A DNA stretch of 64,000 nucleotides, taken from an uncultured virus (IMG/VR IMGVR_UViG_3300033562_000771) (Duplodnaviria > Heunggongvirae > Uroviricota > Caudoviricetes). The position numbers and the translations under genes are program-made. Where the stretch lies: positions 62,001 to 126,000 of the IMG/VR virus record IMGVR_UViG_3300033562_000771. The stretch is one strand, 5' to 3'. Under the pieces are notes generated by a model. It was not told the origin of the DNA and searched no databases. It worked only from the letters and a program-made list of their open reading frames with translations. This document shows, piece by piece, positions 44,525 to 54,276 of the stretch (the stretch's first letter is position 1; each line of letters starts with the position of its first letter).

Positions 44525-44946
44525 ATATTTTCTAGGATCTGAGGTCGTTCCCGTGAGACTGACCTTTGAGTGTAACAAAGAGAAAGGGCTGCGGTCCCTT
44601 TCGGTGTTCCGCAGCCCTTATCAAGGGTACCAATGGGTCTGCGGTTAGGGCGGGGAGGGGGCGTCAAGGTTCAGTGCGAAGGTGCTATTAATAAAGGGGG
44701 TCGCGCTGGAAGACGTATGGCTACGATATCCTTTGCCACAACCCTGTTCTGGGCGTGAGCACACCTCGGCCTTGGCGGATTGCCGAGGCATCGAGGATAG
44801 TAAGGACCAAGTAGACATTGAAGTGAAGCTCCTGTGGTAGTGCTGTATATAAAGAAAAAGTTTGGTTTCTGCTACCCAACCAGACTAGCGCAGGTGGGGG
44901 CGCATGTCAAGAGGAAAGTTTTGAGTCCCTCTAACAGGCTACCTAG

Positions 44947-44976
44947 AGATACGGGTGGGTTTTCTTAGAAGTTCAG
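44947..44976 (-). promoter_or_regulatory. Phage promoter motif copy at the head of the tRNA/ncRNA array
   Basis: CTGAA-N18-CGTATCT. Confidence 0.65.
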
Positions 44977-44982
44977 AATATT

Positions 44983-47715
44983 TTAGGTAGCACTGTAAGT
45001 TTGTGTAAGAATCCCATTCACCATGGTCAGAACATAGTAGCCTGTGGAGCTATCTTTTAGTTTAAGTCCAGCAGATGGTATGGTAACCTGTCCGGTGAAA
45101 GCAGCTCCCGAAAGCGCAGCCCTAGTAGTATCCGTGGGATGTTTATGATCTTGTCTAGCTGCTAATGTTGATGTTCCTACTGTAGCAGTTCCATCTATTA
45201 CTGGTGCTACAGAAGCTAATCCAGTGATACTATTAAATGATGTTCCAGTTACAGCATCTGAAAAATCAACTCCAGCTAATGTTAACGCTGCACTAGCTCT
45301 ATTGATAGCTACTGCTGTAGTACCAATATACATTGTTTGTGCTACGGCAGCCCTAGTAGTATCTGTAGCAGCATTACCTGAAATAGATATAGCATAGGTT
45401 GAAGAGTCTTCTTTTAGGATGCGAGTCCAGGGTCCCCAGGTGGAGTTGTATAGGCTACGCATCCAATATTTAGACGTTGCAGCAGTGGGGTATTCCCAAA
45501 GAAATTGAGACGCTCCTGAGGCATTTGCGACCAGCATCCCAAAGGCGTTGGCAGTTGGGCAATTTGTGAGAGTGGCAGCGGTTGCATTGGCTGGACAATG
45601 GTAGAGACCCGCTGTTGTATAGCTATTTAGATCAGTTGACGCGGCTACCGCATTCATAACAAGGTGAGTAGCAGTAGCAGCATTTCCAGTAATTGAAGCA
45701 GAAGCAGTGATGTAGCCGGGGCCATTGGTTAACTGATTTAGATTGGATAGATTACCAGAGTGCCAAATGGAGACTTCAGAGGACCCAGGTGTTAGCGTAG
45801 CTACCCCTGCGGTAGCAGGAGCTTTAAACTCAAAGCCAGTTCGATCCCCAGAGGATCGTAGATAACCTGTAATAGCAGCATTCTCTTCTATTTCAATACC
45901 AGTGGCCGAACCAGAAGCTGCACCCCCTCCTTTATTTAACGTAACTAGCTTGTCCAAAATATTGGTGTTAGTTGTATTTACTGTAGTTAAAGTTCCTGCT
46001 ATAGCTACAGTATCTCCAGCTCCACCAATATTAATGGTAGTTGCACCTGAACCTGTACCAATGTTGATTGTCTGGGTGCTTGCAGCAGTTCCTAGGTTTA
46101 TAGCTGAGGCGGTTGCCGTTCCTAGATTCAGCGTGGCGGCATCAAAAAGAGGGGCCGACACAGTTCCAGAGAAGGTTCCAGAGCCTGTCTCGATAGAGGT
46201 AGGGGTAATTTCCCCCAAGCCTATCGAGAGTCTTGGGGCAATGGATATATTAGACCAACTAGTAGTCACCCCATTAGTTGCAGCAGCCGTATCTACTGAG
46301 GTAACAGTACCTGGCCTAGCATATGCTGAGATACCATCCAGTTTTGACGCATACCCAGCAGTCATGTATCCATTAACGCCATCTGATGCAGGAGGCATCG
46401 ATATAGTAGGGGAGGTCCCTGTTGTGCGATAAATAGGTGGGGTAGCGGTAATCGAAGAAATCTGGGTATTCCAGATAGATTTTTCCTCAGCGGTAACAAA
46501 TAGATTTGACGAATCCTGAGCAATAATTGAGGGTGGATGGGTCAGGGGGTGCGTATAATTAGTAGCATTATTGGACACCCCCTCCAACTTAGTAGCTTGC
46601 TCTGCGGTCATATACCCTGAGACCAGGGTAGTGGCGGCAGGCATAGTTAGCGTTAAATCACTGGAAAGGTTGCCGCCTCCAGTTAGGGGTAGTGTAGTAT
46701 TAATTCTCCGGGTTGTTGGGGCAAACCCAGTAAGAGCACCCCCTAGAGTCAAAGTCCCCGAAGAAGTTATGTTCCCAGTCAGGGTGATCCCATTGACCAA
46801 GCCAGACCCAGAAACGGAGGTAACTGTTCCAACATTGGCAGTAGCCCCCTCAGCAATCCCCTCTAATTTGGTTGCATACACCCCAGTCATGAAACCATCA
46901 ACCCCAGGAGATGCTGGAGGAATCTCTAAAGTAGGCGTTGTAGTGCCCGTAGCTATAAGAGGGGAAGTAACCAGAATGCCCGTTAAGACGGTTGAGTCAA
47001 GCTCCCACGTATCAGCCAGTGTTTTTCTCAGCACCCCTGTAGTTCCCGTGAGGGTTGCTATAGCTGATAGGCTAGAATTCAAAGGTTGAGCATCGGAAAT
47101 ACCATACCCTGCCAGTGTAGTAGGCGATGACCCAAATAGAACTCTCCCCTTAGAATCCACCGTAACCGTTGAATAGGTCCCCGCTGGGACCCCCGTATCA
47201 GCTAACGTGGTGGATATCGTGGGGAGTCCCGTCCCTGTGATATCCCCAGAAAGCGTAACCTCCGTTAGGTATCCCTGAGCCTTAACAAATGCCGTGGTTG
47301 CTATGGCTGTTGAATTATTAACCGTGGAAGGTGTGGGTGCGGTAGGAACCCCCGAGAAACTAGGGGATTCCAGGGAGGCTAGAGAAGTATCCGTGGGATG
47401 GCGGTGATCCTCCCTGGAGTGCCGTAGCGATGTGCCTACCGCAGCTAGCCCATCCATAAGAGGCGCTACTGAGCCAGCTTGCCCAGCGTAAAATTCCGTT
47501 GTAGCTATTTTTGTAGAACTATCATCTTGAGTTGGAGTCACAGATAGAGGGGTTCCAGTAAGCTCAGGGGAGTGGATCGGAGCTTTAACAAGATCAATTC
47601 TTGTAGCCTCATCATCAATGAGGGTAAAATTAGTGTTGATGAGTGTATCCCAGGGAATAGTCCCCTGCGCTGGACGAGCTAAGTTAAGCTTAGTTGTATT
47701 AGTAGCCATATCCAT
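44983..47715 (-). CDS. Tail fibre protein with knob-like domain
   Basis: SP.FSG.PTAPT...T.IATTAFV and TTLAGYGISDA repeats; DLNSYTTAGLY...NCPT...W.R....TWGPW knob pattern. Confidence 0.8.
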   Translation of the reverse strand: MDMATNTTKLNLARPAQGTIPWDTLINTNFTLIDDEATRIDLVKAPIHSPELTGTPLSVTPTQDDSSTKIATTEFYAGQAGSVAPLMDGLAAVGTSLRHSREDHRHPTDTSLASLESPSFSGVPTAPTPSTVNNSTAIATTAFVKAQGYLTEVTLSGDITGTGLPTISTTLADTGVPAGTYSTVTVDSKGRVLFGSSPTTLAGYGISDAQPLNSSLSAIATLTGTTGVLRKTLADTWELDSTVLTGILVTSPLIATGTTTPTLEIPPASPGVDGFMTGVYATKLEGIAEGATANVGTVTSVSGSGLVNGITLTGNITSSGTLTLGGALTGFAPTTRRINTTLPLTGGGNLSSDLTLTMPAATTLVSGYMTAEQATKLEGVSNNATNYTHPLTHPPSIIAQDSSNLFVTAEEKSIWNTQISSITATPPIYRTTGTSPTISMPPASDGVNGYMTAGYASKLDGISAYARPGTVTSVDTAAATNGVTTSWSNISIAPRLSIGLGEITPTSIETGSGTFSGTVSAPLFDAATLNLGTATASAINLGTAASTQTINIGTGSGATTINIGGAGDTVAIAGTLTTVNTTNTNILDKLVTLNKGGGAASGSATGIEIEENAAITGYLRSSGDRTGFEFKAPATAGVATLTPGSSEVSIWHSGNLSNLNQLTNGPGYITASASITGNAATATHLVMNAVAASTDLNSYTTAGLYHCPANATAATLTNCPTANAFGMLVANASGASQFLWEYPTAATSKYWMRSLYNSTWGPWTRILKEDSSTYAISISGNAATDTTRAAVAQTMYIGTTAVAINRASAALTLAGVDFSDAVTGTSFNSITGLASVAPVIDGTATVGTSTLAARQDHKHPTDTTRAALSGAAFTGQVTIPSAGLKLKDSSTGYYVLTMVNGILTQTYSAT

Positions 47716-48463
47716 TCAACCCATATGAAAATATTCCATAGCCTAAGTTATGATGATCCGCTATTATTCCACTAGTGGTTTTAATAATAACACTGGTGAT
47801 ATACGGAACTTCTATTGAAGCTGTGATCTGTTCGTGATTATGCACTACAAACCTAGTTGGGGACCCATTAATGACAACACTAGCGATATTGCCAAAGTTA
47901 CTCCCCCCTATTTTGCAATAATTAGGGAAGTTAATTGTGTAAGTTTGCCCCGTTGGTGATGTAGAAAGACCGTCAACTGGATGGGGGGCTACTTCTTCAT
48001 ATGGGAGAATACTTTGGTTAAAAGCCAGAGCCTCAATAGGATTGCTGGTATGTACCTGGACATACGCAATATGCGGCTCAAAAACGAGTTTAAAATCTGA
48101 GGGCGTGGTATACGTGGATAGGTTTCTTGCAACAGTAAATTTACCTGAAACAGCACCCGTGGGGATAGTCACCTGGACGGTATTAGAATCTAGTATAACT
48201 AAAGATGCTGGGTCAATTTGAGTCACGCCTAGTTTAAACGACAGACGGGGGTATAATAGGTCCCACCCAAATAAACCCATAGGGTTTAAGTTTGAATGAG
48301 CATGACGAGCAATATAGTAGGTGCCTAGATGGGCCACCACGTCATTAGCATTATAATAGGTAGAGGCATTCCAGGAAGACTTCCATACAATCTGGAAGTC
48401 ACCTATGAGAGTAACCGTAGACCCAATTGGACCCCTAGATGGGCTAAAGCTTAAAATTTGCAA
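47699..48463 (-). CDS. IPT/TIG-like plus carbohydrate-binding (CBM5/12-like) virion protein
   Basis: SFSPSRGPIGSTVTL.G; WNASTYYNANDVV.H.G.YY; VTIPTGAVSG. Confidence 0.55.
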   Translation of the reverse strand: MQILSFSPSRGPIGSTVTLIGDFQIVWKSSWNASTYYNANDVVAHLGTYYIARHAHSNLNPMGLFGWDLLYPRLSFKLGVTQIDPASLVILDSNTVQVTIPTGAVSGKFTVARNLSTYTTPSDFKLVFEPHIAYVQVHTSNPIEALAFNQSILPYEEVAPHPVDGLSTSPTGQTYTINFPNYCKIGGSNFGNIASVVINGSPTRFVVHNHEQITASIEVPYITSVIIKTTSGIIADHHNLGYGIFSYGLNGYGY

Positions 48464-48769
48464 AAGGTATACCCCAGAAACACCTACATCAAAAGGGTTT
48501 GTTGGAGGACCGTTTGGTGTAGGTGTTTCTGGTAGTTTTAGTTTCCGCGTTTACTACGTGGTAGCTGGTATGTTGGGTAACGGTTAATAATAGTTTTCTT
48601 TTCTTCCACTTCGGCAATCAGAAAGACAATTGTAGCTTGGAGTTCTCTCTTAGAGAGACTTGAAAGTGAGTGCCCCAAAATGGAGACGCCGCTAGCTGGT
48701 GGAAGGAATTCTTCAATAAAATCATTTGGCAATCCCATGGGGGCGTCCTCCGGGGTTTCAACTCTCTGT

Positions 48770-49162
48770 TTAAAGAGATTTGCAGTTGCCGAGAGTTGTA
48801 TGAAAACACTTAAGAAAACCATCGGGAGGTTTGGTGTAGGGGCTAGTCACGGGGAGACCTAACTCGACCCTAATAACTTCCAATCGAACCGAGAAGACAT
48901 TTAACCAATAATAAAGGGTATCATTTTGAATAATTGGGTCATACAAGAATAAGATGCGCTCACCCTCATATTTACCCCATAGGTTCATATTAGGTGGGAC
49001 CTCATTTCGTACAACGGAGATATGCGGAGCATACCGTTGACCAGCAACATTCTTATACTTAGGGATGAGGGATCTGTAAAATAAAGCCAGTTGAGGGTCT
49101 ACAGATACAATTAACTTACGATCCCCATAGTGTAGAATCCCATGAGATTCATGAAGTGTCAT
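48770..49162 (-). CDS. 2H phosphoesterase-like protein
   Basis: Two Hx(S/T) motifs: APHISVV and FHTTLG. Confidence 0.6.
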   Translation of the reverse strand: MTLHESHGILHYGDRKLIVSVDPQLALFYRSLIPKYKNVAGQRYAPHISVVRNEVPPNMNLWGKYEGERILFLYDPIIQNDTLYYWLNVFSVRLEVIRVELGLPVTSPYTKPPDGFLKCFHTTLGNCKSL

Positions 49163-49184
49163 TCGGATACCTTTAGGCTAAGGC

Positions 49185-49700
49185 TTACAGGAGAGCTTTC
49201 AGTTTAGCATAGAACTCATCCAGTGTACCATTATTTTCAATCACAGAGTCATACTCTGAATCAGGGATATGGTCCAGGGCGGTTTCAGACTCATGTGTGA
49301 GATTTGTAGCACCATAAAGGATGCGATCTTCTAGAGGCCTTTTAATCTTGATTTTCAGAATCCCAAACTGATCTAGAAGCCGGAACTCATTGGGAAATCT
49401 TACATCAGTCAGGTAAATATTGGCACCTTTAGGAATCTCACTAAGGGTGGCTTGCATGACATTAATCCAAATGTCGGGATTAATAGTTTTACGCCCCCAA
49501 TCAGTCCCAATAAACTGGAGTAATCCTCGGTCCCGACCCCCCTCAGGAGGGGTAAGTCTGGAAATCTTGTAAATTGCCTCCTGAATCTGATACAAAGGAT
49601 CTGCAAATTTCAGAGTGGGGCCTGGAGCTGTCTGCTTAAGAAAATCTGCAGCCGTATCTTTACCAACCCTCATCCCCCCAATAAAACCATACCGTACCAT
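49185..49700 (-). CDS. Deoxynucleoside monophosphate kinase
   Basis: GKDTAA..FADPL..R.LLQ.IGTDWGR..DVRFPNE..HESE. Confidence 0.88.
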   Translation of the reverse strand: MVRYGFIGGMRVGKDTAADFLKQTAPGPTLKFADPLYQIQEAIYKISRLTPPEGGRDRGLLQFIGTDWGRKTINPDIWINVMQATLSEIPKGANIYLTDVRFPNEFRLLDQFGILKIKIKRPLEDRILYGATNLTHESETALDHIPDSEYDSVIENNGTLDEFYAKLKALL

Positions 49701-49710
49701 TAATTCTCCA

Positions 49711-50358
49711 TTAGAATGCTGTGTTTTTTACATAGTAGAATGGGTTGCACTGATCTTGATTACGCTGGGGGTCTGTATAGCGATTCATGGCAGTAACCAT
49801 GAGCATGACCGCGTATGCATAATGCTTGGGGAAAGCTGTTTCATCAACTCTAAGCACCCAGGAGGGCTTAGAGTTATATATACCCAGGGACATTTCAAAA
49901 GCATACGAGTTTGCGTATGGGTATACCGAGTCTGAAATACGCCCAATAATACCATATTGCTGACCAACTCTAGCATGGACTTCAACCGAAATTGTTTTTG
50001 AGACAATCCTAAATGAGTAGCTACGATTCTCTCGAAGGGAGCTAGTGTCCAGGAACAAGGTTGTTTTATTAATGGGTCTATTAAAGGTGTCGGTGGACGT
50101 TCGAAGGTCAAACTCAATGTCCCTCAAAGGCTCAGATGCTCGAAGCCCTGTAAGCCAAATAGTAGGGGAGAACATATTAAACGTATCCAGGTCATCACAA
50201 TAATCGATGTTATGCCCTGCTGCATTGGCAATATGCCATTGAACTCTACCCGAAAGGATAAACGAAGGAGTGGCCTTCACCTCAACCCAATGCTGGGCGG
50301 GGGCTGATGCTACCAACATCGAGATGCTAAGAATCCAGAAGTAAATAAATAGGCGCAT
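49711..50358 (-). CDS. Secreted hypothetical protein
   Basis: Signal-peptide-like N-terminus. Confidence 0.55.
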   Translation of the reverse strand: MRLFIYFWILSISMLVASAPAQHWVEVKATPSFILSGRVQWHIANAAGHNIDYCDDLDTFNMFSPTIWLTGLRASEPLRDIEFDLRTSTDTFNRPINKTTLFLDTSSLRENRSYSFRIVSKTISVEVHARVGQQYGIIGRISDSVYPYANSYAFEMSLGIYNSKPSWVLRVDETAFPKHYAYAVMLMVTAMNRYTDPQRNQDQCNPFYYVKNTAF

Positions 50359-50377
50359 GTGTTAACCCCTCTACACT

Positions 50378-50407
50378 AGATACGAGGGGTTCACACAAAA
50401 GATCCAG
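50378..50407 (-). promoter_or_regulatory. Phage promoter motif copy
   Basis: CTGGA-N18-CGTATCT. Confidence 0.65.
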
Positions 50408-50434
50408 CCTACGATAAACAAACCCATGGATTCA

Positions 50435-51013
50435 TCAAAACCCATGTTTCTTAAACCAAATACAGCAAATTTGCGCTAGAGCTTTTCCAATTGTTTGATC
50501 TGTTTCTGGGAGTCCATAATTATAATTTACATCCTCAAGTTCTACACGAACCAACCTACAGCCCAATTCAACCATAATTGGGTCCAAATCATTTTTAATG
50601 TTGAAATGAGAGTCTCTACCCACCTCATCTCGTGTTTTAGATATCGAAAAACTACATTTATGATCCGAATTAAATCTAGAGGGCCAGCGCTCTTTTTCAT
50701 AGAGTGTGTAATCGGGGATTGTAATATAAATCCACCCCCCATCCTTTACAACCCGTACCCAATTGGCTAAAGCTATCTTTAAATCAGGTAGATGCTCTAA
50801 ACAATGAGATGAGTATAGACTATCAAAGGATCGATCTGGAATGGTTTGTAAATAGGAGGCATCACCATCAGTTAAGTCCCATGGACGAACAACGCCTTGG
50901 GGAGGTTTTAGTGGGTCAGGGCCGCAGCCAACATCCAAAATGTCTCCATTTAGGTAATTTTCAAAATCCCCACGAGCGGCGCGTAGGAGGTGACATTTAG
51001 ACGTCTCACGCAT
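50435..51013 (-). CDS. Class I SAM-dependent methyltransferase
   Basis: ILDVGCG...FD.LYSSHCLEH...W.RVVK.GG. Confidence 0.85.
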   Translation of the reverse strand: MRETSKCHLLRAARGDFENYLNGDILDVGCGPDPLKPPQGVVRPWDLTDGDASYLQTIPDRSFDSLYSSHCLEHLPDLKIALANWVRVVKDGGWIYITIPDYTLYEKERWPSRFNSDHKCSFSISKTRDEVGRDSHFNIKNDLDPIMVELGCRLVRVELEDVNYNYGLPETDQTIGKALAQICCIWFKKHGF

Positions 51014-51030
51014 ATATACCTCTTCTATAA

Positions 51031-51657
51031 CTAATCTAGAGCTTCAACCTCAGAACTGTCACTTAGAACAGCGGAAGTAAAGAACATTCCAAGACTATTA
51101 ATATTGTTATCATTATCCCCGGTTAGATCATATTTTTCTAGGTAGCGGGACGGAAGAGTTATAATAAATTGCGCGGAAAATAGGTTTAGAGCCACCGTGC
51201 TATAGGTAGGATTTTCAGGATCTGGATGATGTTGAAAAACTCCTCGCAGATTTTTATACACGGTTTCCCTAAAAATTACATTATCCCCATGAGAAAAAAC
51301 ACAATTTTCTTTAAGCTGTGTCTCATATTCTGCTTTTAAAAATTTAATCCACTCGTCATCCATCATGCAGATACGCTTAGTAGCTGGGTCTGTTGGGATC
51401 TGATAGACATATGGGCAACTATTTGGGTCGAGTAGCTTAATATCTGAGGGGGAAAAATCATCTAGGCTAATATAGCCATAGGGATCTGTGATAAGTTTGG
51501 ACCCCTTAATGGGTAGGAAAAGAGCCCAGGGCTTGGTCACATGGAGATCTAGCCAGTCTACAAATTTAGTGAAGAAAACCTGGAGTCGCTCATGGGTTAT
51601 ATGAATATTAATGGGGATCCAAATCTTCCCCTGTGGGTTATGTCGTTCCACGTACAT
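51031..51657 (-). CDS. NusG-like protein (NGN + KOW)
   Basis: PYGYI...F..GD.V......YK.LRG...V.LNLF......LP..YLEK. Confidence 0.5.
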   Translation of the reverse strand: MYVERHNPQGKIWIPINIHITHERLQVFFTKFVDWLDLHVTKPWALFLPIKGSKLITDPYGYISLDDFSPSDIKLLDPNSCPYVYQIPTDPATKRICMMDDEWIKFLKAEYETQLKENCVFSHGDNVIFRETVYKNLRGVFQHHPDPENPTYSTVALNLFSAQFIITLPSRYLEKYDLTGDNDNNINSLGMFFTSAVLSDSSEVEALD

Positions 51658-51660
51658 TAA

Positions 51661-53043
51661 TTACTCCTGAGCATCGCCAACTTGCGGAATGGGGGATTGT
51701 ACAGAAAATTGAGCTAAAAAAGATGCAACCGAGGGTGCCCCTACAGTAGGAATGGGAGTAGGAATGGGAGTAGGAATGGGAGTAGGAATGGGAGTAGGAA
51801 TGGGAGTAGGAATGGGTGTAGGAATGGGTGTGGGAATGGGTGTGGGAATGGGTGTAGGCGGGTTTGTGATAACACTAGGAGTCTCAGCGGGGCGCGGGAG
51901 AGGGGTTGGCCTGGGAGCTAATACGACACTTCTAGGGGAAGGCCTTAACTTAGCTTCTGGCTTGGGTTTTCTTACCACATCGCTATCAGAAGCAGTCTGG
52001 GTGATGTCCTGTTTTTGCGGAGATACTTTAAGCCTGGAAACCAACTGAATCATAAAATTTTGAAGTTGAGAGGGGGTTGTTGGGGTGGGTGCAATAGATA
52101 ACCAAGTCATAATGGGAATCACATCCCCCCACCCTACAAGCATATTGTGTGGCTCTACTTTTAGTAATGCCAACTGATGCTTAATAATAACATCATGTAT
52201 AGATAAAGCAATATCGGAGGGTGTCATGAACTGTAGCCATTCTGCGAGGGCTACTAACATAAAAGAGGGGTCTCGCAACGTGGCTTCCAAGGCAGCTTTA
52301 ATACGCGAGGTATCTACCCTACACGTGAGCCTAGTCACACAGTCTAGCGTGATACCTTCAGCTAGATGAGCCTGTTCTAGGATATTTAATGCGTCCCTAA
52401 GGTGACCATGAGACGCTTCTGCTATAGCCCTGAGAGCGTCTTCTTCAAAATCCCCTACCCCCTCTGTTTTCAGAACATATTTCATCCGTTCGATCATGAG
52501 GGTGGTGGAAATTGGGGTTAGCCTAAAATCACGCGATCTTGATTTAATGGAGTCTAGAATCTTGTCAGCTTCGGTAGTGCAAAAAATAAAAACAGTATAT
52601 TGCACGGATTCTTCAAGGGTTTTTAGCAGAGCATTCCACCCTTCCGGGGTAACTCTATGGGCCTCATCCAGAACTACCACCCTTCGAGATGAACCCATAG
52701 CTGGGTAGGCACAAAGTTTAACTAGTTCTCGAATGTCTGCGACCTTCCCTGAAGACGCCGCATCACGTTCAATGTAATTAATATTGTTCCCCGATGTGAA
52801 GGCCTTACAGGATTCACATATATTACAGGGCATACCCTCAGAATCGGGGGACTCACATAGGAGTGCTTTAGCTAGAATCCGTGCAATACTAGTTTTACCA
52901 ACCCCATAGGACCCTTCGATGATTATTGATGGGATAATAAATTTGCCTCGAAGCATACCCTTAAGAATGGTGAGGGTATCATCCTGCCCTACAACATCCA
53001 AGAATGTGGTGGGCCTGTATTTAGTCATCCAAGAATCAGTCAT
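51661..53043 (-). CDS. dnaX: DNA polymerase III clamp loader gamma/tau
   Basis: KYRP..F.DVVGQ; GVGKTS.ARI.AK; Zn Cys; LDEAH...NALLKTLEE; SR; G.LRDA. Confidence 0.92.
   Translation of the reverse strand: MTDSWMTKYRPTTFLDVVGQDDTLTILKGMLRGKFIIPSIIIEGSYGVGKTSIARILAKALLCESPDSEGMPCNICESCKAFTSGNNINYIERDAASSGKVADIRELVKLCAYPAMGSSRRVVVLDEAHRVTPEGWNALLKTLEESVQYTVFIFCTTEADKILDSIKSRSRDFRLTPISTTLMIERMKYVLKTEGVGDFEEDALRAIAEASHGHLRDALNILEQAHLAEGITLDCVTRLTCRVDTSRIKAALEATLRDPSFMLVALAEWLQFMTPSDIALSIHDVIIKHQLALLKVEPHNMLVGWGDVIPIMTWLSIAPTPTTPSQLQNFMIQLVSRLKVSPQKQDITQTASDSDVVRKPKPEAKLRPSPRSVVLAPRPTPLPRPAETPSVITNPPTPIPTPIPTPIPTPIPTPIPTPIPTPIPTPIPTPIPTVGAPSVASFLAQFSVQSPIPQVGDAQE
51746..51857. repeat. 12-nt tandem repeat encoding (PTPI)n in DnaX
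   Basis: About 9 copies of gtaggaatggga/gtgggaatgggt. Confidence 0.9.
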
Positions 53044-53089
53044 TATCCATCCACGAAAGTAGAGTCACAATATAGGAGATACAGAATAT

Positions 53090-53119
53090 AAAAGTGGCCC
53101 CATGTGGGGCCACTTAAAA
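53090..53119. terminator. Hairpin terminator
   Basis: aaaagtggcccc-atgt-ggggccactt. Confidence 0.6.
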
Positions 53120-53136
53120 TAACTAGAAAAAGAACC

Positions 53137-54276
53137 TTAGGCTTCGCGTGTAGCGTCAGCCTCTTCCTTTTTCTTCTTACGACTATGGGGGGAGTCATAC
53201 GCTAGAGTAAACCCAAAAGTTTGACCAATACACTTCTCAATAGCTCTGCGCCTACGAAGATTAGGAATAGCCTGTGCTTCTTGAGTTAGGTCATTTAGAA
53301 GATTCCACTGGGACCGTGTAACATCTTGAGCAACCTTCTCCTCAATCATTGCAATGAAGGCATTGGGGGTTCCGTTATAGGCCAAACGCTCCAGAGAGGT
53401 CTGAAGATCCATTTGTTCCAGCATGAGTTCATCACGCCTAGTCGCAAGACGTTTCCCAATGGCGTCATTCGTGACAACTTCCTTCAGCAGCCGCGAGAAG
53501 ATGTAGGCGGGAACCGTGGGGTCCAACCCTCTATAGGGGTGCTTATAGGCTTCCTTGCCATCCATTGATGGGACAGCAAGCCCATTGGAGCAGATCTTGC
53601 GCCACAGCCCTAAACCCAACACCACTCCAGTATCAGCGCACTCAGAAAACTGGAGATCATATGCGAGGAAGATTTTATCTTCATCAGACGTTGGGAGGAA
53701 ATTGGGCGACAAAAGACGCAGATAATTAGCGCCGTAGGGATCAATATTGCACATATTGCGATCAACAACAACATGGCCCCCAAGGGCATCCACGAGTCCC
53801 TCAAAAATTGTGGAGTTCTTAATGGTCTGAAAAGTACCCTTGAGAACTGCACACAATTCATTCTTTTGGGTAGATGCGTTGTAATGATACTTGAGCAGGA
53901 TCTCTTTTTCAGCAACCTGGGTTTTAAGCGCAGTATGCGTGGAGAAAAGCTGGATATTATCAGCACCGGGGTTCTTACGAGCAAACGCTCCGGGGATACC
54001 GAGAGCCGCGCAATACTGAGTGAAGGCAAGGCCATTTTCAGGGAAATGATACTTATCCCCAAGAATATCAAGGTGATAGGTATTATCCTCGAAAACACAC
54101 CTCAGATCGCTCAACCCAACAAGCTCTTCCTGAATATCCTCACAGGCCTTAAAGGAATCCCTTACTTCCTGGATAAAATCGGAGTCCACCGCTTGAGCAT
54201 CGTCATACTCAAGATACGTAGCCCCTTCAAAATTAATGGGAGGTAGCACAGCAGATGGTTCAAAAACTTCGGACAT
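53137..54276 (-). CDS. DUF932-like protein
   Basis: GLWRKICSNGL...S.WNL.N.LT..AQ. Confidence 0.55.
   Translation of the reverse strand: MSEVFEPSAVLPPINFEGATYLEYDDAQAVDSDFIQEVRDSFKACEDIQEELVGLSDLRCVFEDNTYHLDILGDKYHFPENGLAFTQYCAALGIPGAFARKNPGADNIQLFSTHTALKTQVAEKEILLKYHYNASTQKNELCAVLKGTFQTIKNSTIFEGLVDALGGHVVVDRNMCNIDPYGANYLRLLSPNFLPTSDEDKIFLAYDLQFSECADTGVVLGLGLWRKICSNGLAVPSMDGKEAYKHPYRGLDPTVPAYIFSRLLKEVVTNDAIGKRLATRRDELMLEQMDLQTSLERLAYNGTPNAFIAMIEEKVAQDVTRSQWNLLNDLTQEAQAIPNLRRRRAIEKCIGQTFGFTLAYDSPHSRKKKKEEADATREA

Noticed and set aside
41610..44667. ORF-track ORFs over rnpB, tRNAs and Y RNAs
   Set aside because: They are shadow ORFs overlapping well-supported RNA genes.
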